This document shows, in pieces, positions 42,408 through 51,636 of a DNA stretch of 64,000 bases. The notes beneath the pieces were generated by a model. It was not told the DNA's origin. It did no database searches and was given only the letters and a program-made list of their open reading frames with translations. Position numbers and translations under genes: made by a program. The number at the start of each line of letters is the position of its first letter. The stretch's first letter is position 1. Source of the DNA: Myxococcota bacterium (lineage in GTDB: Bacteria > Myxococcota > UBA4151); the NCBI GenBank assembly GCA_036338695.1, contig JAYZBQ010000015.1, forward strand, positions 1 to 64,000, read 5' to 3'.

Positions 42408-44134
42408 GACGGACTCGCTTGCTTTTGCTCGGACCAAAGGCGGGCGTACAAGCCGTCGGCTCGGAGCAGCTCGTCGTGGGTCCCGCGCTCACAGATCGCG
42501 CCCTCGTCGAGGACGATGATCTCATCCGCTTCGACGACGGCCGAGAGTCGGGTCGAGATCACCACGGTGGTGCGCTGACGGCTTGCCGTCCGGAGGTGTT
42601 CAATGATCCGCCGCTCGGTCGCCACATCAACGGCGCTGAGGCAGTCGTCGAGGATCAGGATGCGCCCGGGGTGAAGCAGCGCGCGAGCGATCGCTGCGCG
42701 TTGACGTTGACCGCCGCTGAGCGTGATGCCGCGCTCGCCGACCTCCGTGGCGTAGCCGTCTGAGAAGGTCACGATGTCGTCGTGGAGCTCGGCGGTCTTC
42801 GCAGCCTCGATGATCTCCTCTTCGGTGGCCTCGAGGCGTCCTAAGGCGAGGTTCCGATCGAGTCGGTCGGTCAGTAAAAAGAGGTCCTGCGGTACCACGG
42901 CAATATGTTGTCGCAGATCGGCGAGCGGCCAGCGCTCCACCGGCTGTTGATCCAGCTGGACGGTCTCGTGAGGGGGGTCCTCGAGGCGAGTGATCAGACG
43001 CGCTAAGGTGGTTTTGCCGCTCGCCACGCGGCCGACGATACCCAGCATGCCGCCAGCGCTCAGGTTGAGGTCAATGTCCCGCAAGACAGGCGCCTCTGCG
43101 CCCTCATAGGTGAAGGTCAGTCCGCGGACGCTGACCGCGCCGTCTCGACGCTCGGGCGTCTGCGCATCCGGCGCGTCTTGGATCGCCGCCTCCAGCGTGA
43201 GGAGCTCATTGAGGCGGCCCCATGCTGCCCGACCGCGCGCAACGATGGCGATCACCCATCCGAGCGAGATGGTCGGTGCTGCCAGCAGGTGGAGGTAACC
43301 AGCGAAGGCGACGAACTCAGCGAGGCTCAGCTCGGCCTGGACCACCGCACGCCCCCCAAAAAGGAGCGCAAACATGGCGCCGATGCTGGTCACGGCGCCC
43401 ATCAGCGGGAACAGGAGGGCGCGCACCTTGGCGACCTGCCACCCCGAGTGGTGGACCGCCTCATTATGCTGGTCGAAGCGTTGACCGATCGGCGCCTCTT
43501 CGGCGTGGGCACGAATCAGCGCAACTCCGCTCACCGCCCCCTGCAGAAAGCGGGTCAGGCGACCTGTCTGCACCAGTTGGTGCTGGAATCGCTTGCCGAG
43601 CTGACGCGCCAGCCCGCTCAATACGAGCAGGACCAGGATGTAGGGTAGCAGCGTCACGAGGGTGAGCGATGGCGACAGACTCAGACAGGCAAACAGAGCC
43701 CCTGCGTAGCCGAACAGCGCGTTCATGACGCCCATCACCCCAGGACCGAGCAGCAGCCTGACCTGTCCGAGGTCCGTCGTCGCTCGGCTCATCACCTCGC
43801 CGACGGGGTAATCGCGGAAGAACTGGCGCGGCTGACCGAGGACTTGCGTAAAGATCCGTGCCCGCAGCCGGTATTCGACCCGGCGCCCCGGGTCGAAGAG
43901 GTAGATGCGGGACGCCACGCGAACGAACCCCAAGACCACCGCCAAGCCCATCAGCGCGAAGGCGTAGGGGACGGCGTCGAGCGGTCTGCGCTCGAGCGTC
44001 TCGACCGCCACCTTGAGCGTCCACGGCACGGCCAGCGAGAGCAGCGTGGAGACGAGCAGGAGAAAGCTTCCGAGCAGGTAGCTTGAGCGCTCGCGCAGCG
44101 CCTCGCTGATCAGCAATGGGCGTTGTTGGGTCAC
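42404..44134 (-). CDS. ABC exporter half-transporter (MdlA/YheI-like)
   Basis: GRVASGKTT, LSGGQRQR, LDDCLSAVD; H-loop reads ISTRLS. Confidence 0.93.
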   Translation of the reverse strand: MTQQRPLLISEALRERSSYLLGSFLLLVSTLLSLAVPWTLKVAVETLERRPLDAVPYAFALMGLAVVLGFVRVASRIYLFDPGRRVEYRLRARIFTQVLGQPRQFFRDYPVGEVMSRATTDLGQVRLLLGPGVMGVMNALFGYAGALFACLSLSPSLTLVTLLPYILVLLVLSGLARQLGKRFQHQLVQTGRLTRFLQGAVSGVALIRAHAEEAPIGQRFDQHNEAVHHSGWQVAKVRALLFPLMGAVTSIGAMFALLFGGRAVVQAELSLAEFVAFAGYLHLLAAPTISLGWVIAIVARGRAAWGRLNELLTLEAAIQDAPDAQTPERRDGAVSVRGLTFTYEGAEAPVLRDIDLNLSAGGMLGIVGRVASGKTTLARLITRLEDPPHETVQLDQQPVERWPLADLRQHIAVVPQDLFLLTDRLDRNLALGRLEATEEEIIEAAKTAELHDDIVTFSDGYATEVGERGITLSGGQRQRAAIARALLHPGRILILDDCLSAVDVATERRIIEHLRTASRQRTTVVISTRLSAVVEADEIIVLDEGAICERGTHDELLRADGLYARLWSEQKQASPS

Positions 44135-45000
44135 GGCGTGTTCGCCGCAAGCTGAAAGGCGACCGGACCGCGGCGGACGACGAGGTCGCCTAAGGGGCCG
44201 AGCTCACCGTCGAGCTCGGACCGGAGCCCTTCACCCGAAATCCGGATCTCCTCACCGCAGCGATGTTCGCAAAGGGACAGGTGGATATGCTGACCTGCGT
44301 TGAGGCTGCGCGTGGCTTTGAGCGTGGCGAGGGTGCCTTCATCACGCACCGCGACCGCATGGAGCCGGTCGCTAAATGGGTCCGCTTGGGGCGTGATCAT
44401 TTTCCCGCCGCCGAAGAACCGTCCGCAGCCGACAGCCGTCAGGTAGCCTCGCCCTTGCATCAGCAGCTCGCCATCGACCGAGACGGTCATCGGCGTGGAC
44501 CGGTACGTTAGGATACCTTGAATCATTGCCACCGTGTAACCAAACGCTCCGAGCGACTTGAGGTAGCCCTCGACGGCGTGCGCAACCGCTGCGCTGACAC
44601 CGAGCGATGCCACATTGGTGAACGATTGCAAGCCGCCGGCGCCTTCGACTTGTCCAGGCCGAAACGGCCGCGTCGCACCCGACAGCGCCGTCGCCACCTG
44701 TTCTTCGAGCGAGTCTGCACCGAGTGAGCGCAGGAAGTCACTGCCCGTTCCCGTCGCGATAAACCCGACCTCTTGGTCGGGCGTTTGACCGTCGCCGAGC
44801 ACACGGCTGGCGAGATGGAAGGTGCCATCGCCGCCTGCAAAGATGAGACGCTCCGCTTGCCCTCTTAGGGAGCGGATGAGCTGGCTCGCCTCATCGATGT
44901 CGCCGGGAAGGTGCCACTCGATCGGCTGGTCAGCGAGAAGCCGCCGCAGCGGCTTGACGCCCTTGCCGGCGAATCGATTGGCGATGAGATGGATCGTCAC
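44131..45000 (-). CDS. Diacylglycerol/lipid kinase family protein
   Basis: N..AG, AGGDGTF, GTGSDF, FFGGG, ELDGE. Confidence 0.9.
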   Translation of the reverse strand: MTIHLIANRFAGKGVKPLRRLLADQPIEWHLPGDIDEASQLIRSLRGQAERLIFAGGDGTFHLASRVLGDGQTPDQEVGFIATGTGSDFLRSLGADSLEEQVATALSGATRPFRPGQVEGAGGLQSFTNVASLGVSAAVAHAVEGYLKSLGAFGYTVAMIQGILTYRSTPMTVSVDGELLMQGRGYLTAVGCGRFFGGGKMITPQADPFSDRLHAVAVRDEGTLATLKATRSLNAGQHIHLSLCEHRCGEEIRISGEGLRSELDGELGPLGDLVVRRGPVAFQLAANTP

Positions 45001-45072
45001 CGATGACTCCTAGCAACCGCTCTCGATTTTTGCCATGCACCGCTTTGGTGTGACCGTAAAAGGGGGCAGCGC

Positions 45073-45369
45073 ATGATTACCGAAGATCCCGTCTACTTTT
45101 GCCACGCGTGCAACGGCGAGCTCGAGCTTGAAGGGCGCGTTGGGTTTCGCGAAGCGTGTCATCACTGTGAAGCCGACGTCCACTGCTGCTTGAACTGCGA
45201 GCATTACGACACCGGCGCCCACAACAACTGCCGTGAGCCCACGTCGGAGTACATCCCCGATCGCCAGGCGAGAAACTTTTGCGGACACTTCAAGATGCTC
45301 TCCGGTGCCCGCGAGGGGGACGAGGCAAAAGAGGCGGCGATGAGCGCGCTCGAGGCCCTGTTCAAGTAG
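45073..45369 (+). CDS. Small Cys-rich putative Zn-binding protein
   Basis: CHAC, CHHC, HCCLNC..Y, C, NFC; purine-rich RBS. Confidence 0.8.
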   Translation: MITEDPVYFCHACNGELELEGRVGFREACHHCEADVHCCLNCEHYDTGAHNNCREPTSEYIPDRQARNFCGHFKMLSGAREGDEAKEAAMSALEALFK

Positions 45370-45373
45370 CCCT

Positions 45374-46171
45374 TTAGCGAAGCTTGCTGACGCGGCCTGG
45401 GCCGTCCTTGCTCCAGGCTTGTCGACGCACCTGGTCGTCGATGTACTCGAGCATCTGCCAGTTGCCTTTAGGGCCACCCACAGAACCTGCGCAGTATTGG
45501 AGGAGGCCGCCTGCGCGCGCCGTGAAGCTCCGGTGCAGGTGGCCGCAGCACCAGACGGTGCCGGGGCCGTCGCGAAGGCGCGTTCGGACGGACTCTTCAT
45601 CTCGAAGCGCGTGCCACTTTTTGTCGGGCTCGGCGCGATGATCGATCACGGCGTAATGGGCAAAAACCCAGCGCGGCGGTCGGTTGGGCACCTCGATCTT
45701 TCGGCCGCGAGAGTCCCAGATCATACGGTTTGCCCGAGCTGTGTCCACGAAGTCGACCACCTGGTCGCCGATCGTTATCTGCTCCCACGGGGACGCCAGC
45801 AGGCGCCAGTCCGCAAAGGCTTCTTCGAAGCGGCGCGCACGCTGAGCGGTGTGGGTGTAACGGTCATGGTTTCCTGGCAGCGCAATACAGGGGACACCGA
45901 GGGTCAATAGGGGGGCGAGCACGTCGCGTGCTCGCTCGAACTCTTCGACCTCGCTCAAGCTGGTGGCGTCTCCACCAAAAACGACCGCGTCGGGCTGAGC
46001 GCCGATGATCTGCTCGACGGCGTGGCGTCCGCGCTCTTCGGCTTGGCGATAGCGTTCACCCCGCCCGAGAAACCGGAGGTTGATCGATCCACTGAGCCGG
46101 CGGTCGAAGAGTCCGCCAAGCGAGGGCGGGAGCTTGGTGATGTGTAAGTCCGATAGGTGAGCGATTCTCAT
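45374..46171 (-). CDS. Calcineurin-like metallophosphoesterase
   Basis: IAHLSDLH, GGD, PGNHD, GHLH. Confidence 0.9.
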   Translation of the reverse strand: MRIAHLSDLHITKLPPSLGGLFDRRLSGSINLRFLGRGERYRQAEERGRHAVEQIIGAQPDAVVFGGDATSLSEVEEFERARDVLAPLLTLGVPCIALPGNHDRYTHTAQRARRFEEAFADWRLLASPWEQITIGDQVVDFVDTARANRMIWDSRGRKIEVPNRPPRWVFAHYAVIDHRAEPDKKWHALRDEESVRTRLRDGPGTVWCCGHLHRSFTARAGGLLQYCAGSVGGPKGNWQMLEYIDDQVRRQAWSKDGPGRVSKLR

Positions 46172-46257
46172 GGGCTTCCGATGAACGACCGATACGCGAC
46201 GTTGCAGGTCGCAACGTATAAACAATCACCATGAGGGTCTATCGGTTTGGGCACAAA

Positions 46258-48297
46258 ATGATTCGTCATCGCATGATCGGCTGGAACGCTTGCTTCGCCG
46301 CGGCGTGGATCGTGGCGCTTACCGCCTGCTCGGCAGAGGTGCCGGAGAACACATTCGACGCAGGCCCCACTTACTGGAGCTTGGCGCTGACTCACGACTC
46401 CGAGCTGACGGGTGATCTGGGAGAGCGCGTGATGCTCCAGGTCTTTTATTCCAACAGTCAGGTGGGCAGCCTCGAGGGCGAGAACGTGCGCTTCGAGGTC
46501 GTCGGCTCGGCGCAAGGGGCGAGCCTGTCATCCAATGACCAGCTGACGGACGCCCAAGGGTTTGCCGCCGTGACGCTTCAGCTCCCGCTCGAGGCGACGG
46601 TGCAGCCCGTCCAGGTCTCGATCTCCGCCGCCAAGGTGGAGCCGTTGGTCGTCCAGGTCAGCGCACGTCAACCGCGCCTGACCGTGGTGCCTGTCGGGCC
46701 GACGGAGCGAGAGCTGCGCACCGAGCTCGGGGTGGCGACCCAGGTGCTGGTGCGGCGTGAAGGCGGCGGCCCAGTAGAGGGCATCGCCGTGGAGTTTGCT
46801 ATTCGTGACGCAGACAACGGCTTGCCCGCAGGGCAGGGTGTCGGCGCACCGGGTGTCTCGGAGTCGGTCGTGGTCACCGGACCGAGCGGGCTGGCGCGCG
46901 TCAACGTCTTCACGGGCTCGGTCGAGGGTGACCTGCGCCTCGCGGTGGAGGCACAGGGCGTGGGTGTCGTCAGCTACTTGTATCACATCACGACGCGCGG
47001 CGGCGGTGAGGCAGGGTGTCGGTTGGACAGCGACTGCGGTGACGGCTTTGTGTGCGAGCGTCAGGGGGAAGGGGACGACGCCGTCTACGCTTGCGTCCCG
47101 GAAGGGGAGGCTGGCTGCGACCCGAACAACCCGGCGCCAGGTCAGTGCCCTCAAGGCTACGTCTGCGACATCACCGGCGAGTGTATCCCGGGTGGGGCGG
47201 TCGGCTGTATTCAGGCGGGTTGCGCCGGAGGACAGATCTGTATCGGTAACGTTTGCGTCGATCCGTGCAGTGACAACGACGATTGCCCGAACGGACAGGA
47301 GTGTGTGGATGATATCTGCCAAGAGCCCGTCGCGCCCCCAGACCTGGTGCGCATCGAGGGGTTCTGGGAGACACGGTATCAACTCGACCTAAGCGAAGTA
47401 CTCGGGCCGATCGGCGACCTCGGCGCGCCCATCGATTTTCTCGATCAAGCCTTTCGCGGTAACCTCGAGATCCCGATCCCGATCATTGGCGACGTGATCG
47501 AAGACGCCGTATCGGATCTGATCGCCGCTTACGTTCCACCGTGGGTGGCGGACCTCGTGAGTGGCCTCAATAGCGTCGTGCACATTTTTCAGTCCATGCA
47601 GGTCGCCGGCCGAATGGAGGCGCGGCATCGCGTCAACCCACTGCACGTTCGAGCGACGGAGATCTGGGACCGAGCGATTGTGCAGCTGATCGATCGCTGC
47701 CCACGCGGGCGGCAGGATCCCAACTACCCTGGCTGCGCCGAGGTCGATATCCTCCTCGACCGTCAGCTCGGAGACTTCGGCCGCATCGAGACCGATGTCC
47801 CACCGTTCTCCGGGCGGGTGTATCTGGATCGGCAACAAGAGTGGAACGTCGTCTTCGATCGCGAGGTCCACATGGATCTGGTGGGGCTCGTTCGCTACGT
47901 GGTTAATCTGATCGTCAGCATCTCCACGAACGGGCGCTTCAACAACGTACCCGATGCGCTGGCGGCGGCTATCGATTGCCAAGGGATTCAGCGCGCAGCC
48001 GACCGCGCCGCCTGCGATCTCTCGGGTGGGCGGATCTGCCAGGTTCCGGGCGTTGAGCAGACCTGCCGGCAGGCGGCGCAGCAGGCGGGCGTGATGATCG
48101 ATCAGCAGCTCGGACAGCTGGGGCTGGCGTGGACGGCGATGGACTTTGAGCAAGATGCGCCCATTCATGACGATGACAACGACCTGCTCGGTGATGAGCT
48201 CGGCCGTTGGCCGGCGCCGGCTGGGACCATCGATGGTGACTTCAGGCTGGTCGTCGATCGCCCGCTTGAGGGGTTGTGGAACGGTCAGCGGCCCTAG
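46258..48297 (+). CDS. Lipoprotein: two Ig-like domains, Cys-rich modules and an unknown C-terminal domain
   Basis: Lipobox LTAC; TDAQGFA and TGPSGLA Big_1-like motifs; CxxDxDC modules. Start uncertain (46231/46258/46273). Confidence 0.8.
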   Translation: MIRHRMIGWNACFAAAWIVALTACSAEVPENTFDAGPTYWSLALTHDSELTGDLGERVMLQVFYSNSQVGSLEGENVRFEVVGSAQGASLSSNDQLTDAQGFAAVTLQLPLEATVQPVQVSISAAKVEPLVVQVSARQPRLTVVPVGPTERELRTELGVATQVLVRREGGGPVEGIAVEFAIRDADNGLPAGQGVGAPGVSESVVVTGPSGLARVNVFTGSVEGDLRLAVEAQGVGVVSYLYHITTRGGGEAGCRLDSDCGDGFVCERQGEGDDAVYACVPEGEAGCDPNNPAPGQCPQGYVCDITGECIPGGAVGCIQAGCAGGQICIGNVCVDPCSDNDDCPNGQECVDDICQEPVAPPDLVRIEGFWETRYQLDLSEVLGPIGDLGAPIDFLDQAFRGNLEIPIPIIGDVIEDAVSDLIAAYVPPWVADLVSGLNSVVHIFQSMQVAGRMEARHRVNPLHVRATEIWDRAIVQLIDRCPRGRQDPNYPGCAEVDILLDRQLGDFGRIETDVPPFSGRVYLDRQQEWNVVFDREVHMDLVGLVRYVVNLIVSISTNGRFNNVPDALAAAIDCQGIQRAADRAACDLSGGRICQVPGVEQTCRQAAQQAGVMIDQQLGQLGLAWTAMDFEQDAPIHDDDNDLLGDELGRWPAPAGTIDGDFRLVVDRPLEGLWNGQRP

Positions 48298-48445
48298 GCT
48301 GAATTAGGTGCTTACGTTTGCGTACTCGGGTTTTTGCGCTAAACATCCACCCGAATTGCCTTGACGATGGTCCTGTTTAGCGAGCAAGGCGACCGCCGAC
48401 TGCGCTGCTTGCGCTTTGACTTAGAAACCCGTTGGAGAACTTTCC

Positions 48446-50470
48446 ATGCAACGAAGTTCGCTTTCTCGTATCGTCGCGGTTGCGGCTTGTTCCTTTATCC
48501 TTGTGGCGTGTGGTGGCAGCCCGGCTGAGCCGACCGCTGACGCGGGGAGCGTCGTGACCGACACCGGCAATGACACGGCGGAGTGTCGCCGCAGCCGTGA
48601 CTGCGAAGCGGATGAGCTGTGCCGTGATGGTGAGTGTGTGCCGCGCCAGACGACCTGTCAGGACGACACGGACTGCCAGCAAGGTCAGGTCTGCCGTGAC
48701 GAAGCGTGCGTCCAAGATACGCGGACGGCGTGTCAGGCGCACCGTGACTGCGCCAACGCAGGCGAGCTGTGCATCGTCAACGCGCAGCTTGGCTCAGGTT
48801 ACTGCGAGCGGATCACCGACCAGTCCTGCCAAGAAGACGGCGACTGCTACTTCGGTGCAAACGGTGGTGCGTTGCGCGGTGTGTGTGAAGAGGGCGTCTG
48901 TAAGGGCGACCAGTTCTTCGACTGTGCTATCGCCAACGACTGCTCCTCGACGCTCAACTGCACGCCGCTCAACAACGGCAGCATGTGCTTGCGTCCTTGC
49001 GTCAGCAACGAGGTCTGCGACCGCACCCACGAGTGCAACCCGAACCTCAACCACTGCTGGTACAACCTCTGCGGCCGCAGCTCGGAGCTGCCGGAGTCCT
49101 TTAGTAACGTGAACAACGGTCGCCTCGGCGGAGCCTGCCGTGCAGACGCCCCGGCGGCGCCTGCGCCGACCAACTGCGTCCAGGACTCGGACTGCGCCAA
49201 CCTTGGGCAGTCGGCTCGATGCAACACCGAGTTCGCAGCCTGTGAGGTCATCTGTGATGGCGACAACTCGGTCTGCGGCACGGAAGCGTCGCGTGACTGG
49301 TACTACTGTGCAGCTAACGAAGACCCGAGCCCGCAGAACCAAGCCTGTGGCGTCGGTCCGGCTTGTGACGCGGACAACCCGTGCAGCACGGGCGTTGCGT
49401 GTGACCAAGCGAACACCTGTGAGACGGGTCAGCCTTGTGGTCGAGATAGCCACTGCGTGGGCTTCAACGACGGTGAAACCTGCGTCGCAGGTCAATGCCG
49501 CAGCGCCGCGCTCTGCAACGGCGGTGAGTGTGTGGATCCGAACCTCTGCCTCGAAGGCGGCACCTGCCCGGTCGAAGCCTGCCCTGAAGGCTTCGGCTGC
49601 GTGAACGACGTCTGCGTCGACACCTGCCTGACCGACGACCAATGCACCAACGCAGGCGATCGCTGCACCGGCACCCTCGAGCCCGCTCCGCTTGGCGAAG
49701 CGTGCGACGACAACAACGCCTGTGAAGGGGGCGCACAATGCACCAACGGTCGCTGCCCCCTCCCGGTCGGCACCGAGACCGGCACCTGTGAGCCGATCTC
49801 CGGCACCTGTGAGGTCATGGCGGGCGACGGGCACTGCATCGAGGTCAACGCAGGCTCGAGCGGCTACGTCGGCCTCTGCCTCGCCGGCGGTCAAGTGCCG
49901 GAAGGCGGCGCCTGTAAGCTCGACGCTGAGCGCAACGAGAAGTCGATGCTCTGCGGTAACGGTGCGCTCTGCGCCGTGGCGAGCGACGACAACCCGACCA
50001 TGGGCACCTGTCACCAGGGCTGCAGCCCGAACCGTGACGACATCAACGGCACGGTGCGCTGCGCCGAAGGTCAGGTCTGCAGCTTGGCTGGTGGCTACGC
50101 CTGTCTGGACCAGAGCAACATCTGCGACCCGGCTCAGCGTGACAACAGCCAAGGGCGTGATGGCTACCCGGCGACCTGTGGTGCCAACACCAAGTGCGGT
50201 TTCTTCGGCTGGGAAGAAGACACCGGCTACTGCGTCGGTTACAACCAAGAGCTTCCTCGCAAAGCCTTTGGTGAAGAGTGCGAAGAGACCTCGCAGTGCG
50301 CCTCGGGCGCTGTCTGTCTCCAGCTCACCGGGCAGCCGCAGATCTGCCACCCGCTGTGCCGCAACGACAACTCGATCACCTGTGACGGTGGTCTGACCTG
50401 TCGCTCGTTGGCGTCGCTGTCGGGCAACTCGATTCAAGGGCCGTACGGTCTTTGCCTCGCAGGTGGCTGA
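48446..50470 (+). CDS. Extremely Cys-rich lipoprotein (82 Cys by my count)
   Basis: RBS GGAGA, lipobox LVAC, repeated C-x5-C-x5-C-x4-C modules, strong C-ending codon bias. Confidence 0.9.
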   Translation: MQRSSLSRIVAVAACSFILVACGGSPAEPTADAGSVVTDTGNDTAECRRSRDCEADELCRDGECVPRQTTCQDDTDCQQGQVCRDEACVQDTRTACQAHRDCANAGELCIVNAQLGSGYCERITDQSCQEDGDCYFGANGGALRGVCEEGVCKGDQFFDCAIANDCSSTLNCTPLNNGSMCLRPCVSNEVCDRTHECNPNLNHCWYNLCGRSSELPESFSNVNNGRLGGACRADAPAAPAPTNCVQDSDCANLGQSARCNTEFAACEVICDGDNSVCGTEASRDWYYCAANEDPSPQNQACGVGPACDADNPCSTGVACDQANTCETGQPCGRDSHCVGFNDGETCVAGQCRSAALCNGGECVDPNLCLEGGTCPVEACPEGFGCVNDVCVDTCLTDDQCTNAGDRCTGTLEPAPLGEACDDNNACEGGAQCTNGRCPLPVGTETGTCEPISGTCEVMAGDGHCIEVNAGSSGYVGLCLAGGQVPEGGACKLDAERNEKSMLCGNGALCAVASDDNPTMGTCHQGCSPNRDDINGTVRCAEGQVCSLAGGYACLDQSNICDPAQRDNSQGRDGYPATCGANTKCGFFGWEEDTGYCVGYNQELPRKAFGEECEETSQCASGAVCLQLTGQPQICHPLCRNDNSITCDGGLTCRSLASLSGNSIQGPYGLCLAGG

Positions 50471-50530
50471 TCGCATCCTCTAGATGCCGTAGGACGGCCG
50501 CCCGTTAGTACGCTAAAGGGCTGCCGTTCC

Positions 50531-50566
50531 GAAGAGCCTCGCTTCGGCGGGGCTCTTCTCATTTTT
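50531..50566 (+). terminator. Rho-independent terminator
   Basis: GAAGAGCCTCGC-TTCG-GCGGGGCTCTTC then TCATTTTT. Confidence 0.8.
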
Positions 50567-50578
50567 GACGCAAAGGAT

Positions 50579-51538
50579 ATGAAAATGCGCTTACTCTTAA
50601 CCTTGATGTGTTTGTGTTTGTCGGTAGCTTGTGCTGCGCCGACGACCAATGGTGGTGGCAGCAGCCGCGCCGATGCGGGGACCTCCGCTGACGCCGGTCT
50701 CGAGTGCACCCGCAGCAGCGACTGCGAAGACGGCTATCGCTGCGTGAGCAACGCATGCGAAGCGATCGACCAAGGCTGCGCCGAGGATCGCGACTGCATG
50801 ATCGGTGAGCGCTGCGACAGCGGCGAATGTGTTGAAGCCGGCGGCGGTAATGGCTGCCAGACCGACGCCGACTGCGCTCAGCAAGGTCAGATCTGTGACA
50901 GCGGCACCTGTAAGTCGGGCGCCTACGGCGAGTGCACAACCGATGAAGACTGCGCCTCGGGCACGGGCTGCCTGCTCCAGACCCAAGACGGTCGGCGCTT
51001 CTGCGGAACGCTGTGTCAGTCGAGTGATCAGTGCAACAACCACGAATCCTGTCAGCAGGCGACGGTCTGTGCGCCGAACGCTTGCCAAGCGCCTGGCGAG
51101 ACCTGCGACGCGCACGGCACCGGGGACGGGCGATGCGTCAATCTTGGTCAGAACGCCTTCTGCATCAAAGGGGCGAACAACGGCGCCGGGTGTGAGCCCT
51201 TTGGTGAGCCTGAGTGTGAAGCGGGCACGTCGTGTCAGCCGCTGTCGATGACCGCCGGAGATACCTACTGCGCTCGAACCAACGGTCTTGAGCCGCTGGC
51301 CGCCTGTGAGAACGGCATCGGCGCAGGGGTCGCCCCGTTCGCGGGCGATGACTGCGCACAGGGTAGCTTCTGCTTGGCTTTGCAGCAGGGAACGACTTGT
51401 GTTCCGTACTGCCGTGTGGGGCAGAATGACGACTGCCCAACCATCCAAGACACGGTCTTGAACTGCGTGGCACTGTCGCAGATTGACCAGTCTTTTGCGA
51501 ACTCGCCGTGGGGCATCTGTCAGCCGCCGCAGCAGTAA
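50579..51538 (+). CDS. Cys-rich lipoprotein, shorter paralogue of 48446..50470
   Basis: RBS AAGGA, lipobox SVAC, same module series and C-terminal P(W/Y)G(I/L)C. Confidence 0.88.
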   Translation: MKMRLLLTLMCLCLSVACAAPTTNGGGSSRADAGTSADAGLECTRSSDCEDGYRCVSNACEAIDQGCAEDRDCMIGERCDSGECVEAGGGNGCQTDADCAQQGQICDSGTCKSGAYGECTTDEDCASGTGCLLQTQDGRRFCGTLCQSSDQCNNHESCQQATVCAPNACQAPGETCDAHGTGDGRCVNLGQNAFCIKGANNGAGCEPFGEPECEAGTSCQPLSMTAGDTYCARTNGLEPLAACENGIGAGVAPFAGDDCAQGSFCLALQQGTTCVPYCRVGQNDDCPTIQDTVLNCVALSQIDQSFANSPWGICQPPQQ

Positions 51539-51562
51539 ACAAGAGATCACCTGATCTTCAAG

Positions 51563-51598
51563 CGAAGCCTCCGGGAGACCGGAGGCTTTGTCGTTTTT
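51563..51598 (+). terminator. Rho-independent terminator
   Basis: CGAAGCCTCCGG-GAGA-CCGGAGGCTTTG then TCGTTTTT. Confidence 0.8.
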
Positions 51599-51636
51599 CG
51601 CTGGAAAATTATCCGTTCAAGTGCACTAGGAAACCT

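Noticed and set aside
48794..50476. 560-aa antisense ORF (also 50597..51550) opposite the Cys-rich genes
   Set aside because: Codon-register shadow of strongly biased sense genes; no motifs, and the sense frame has an RBS, lipobox and terminator
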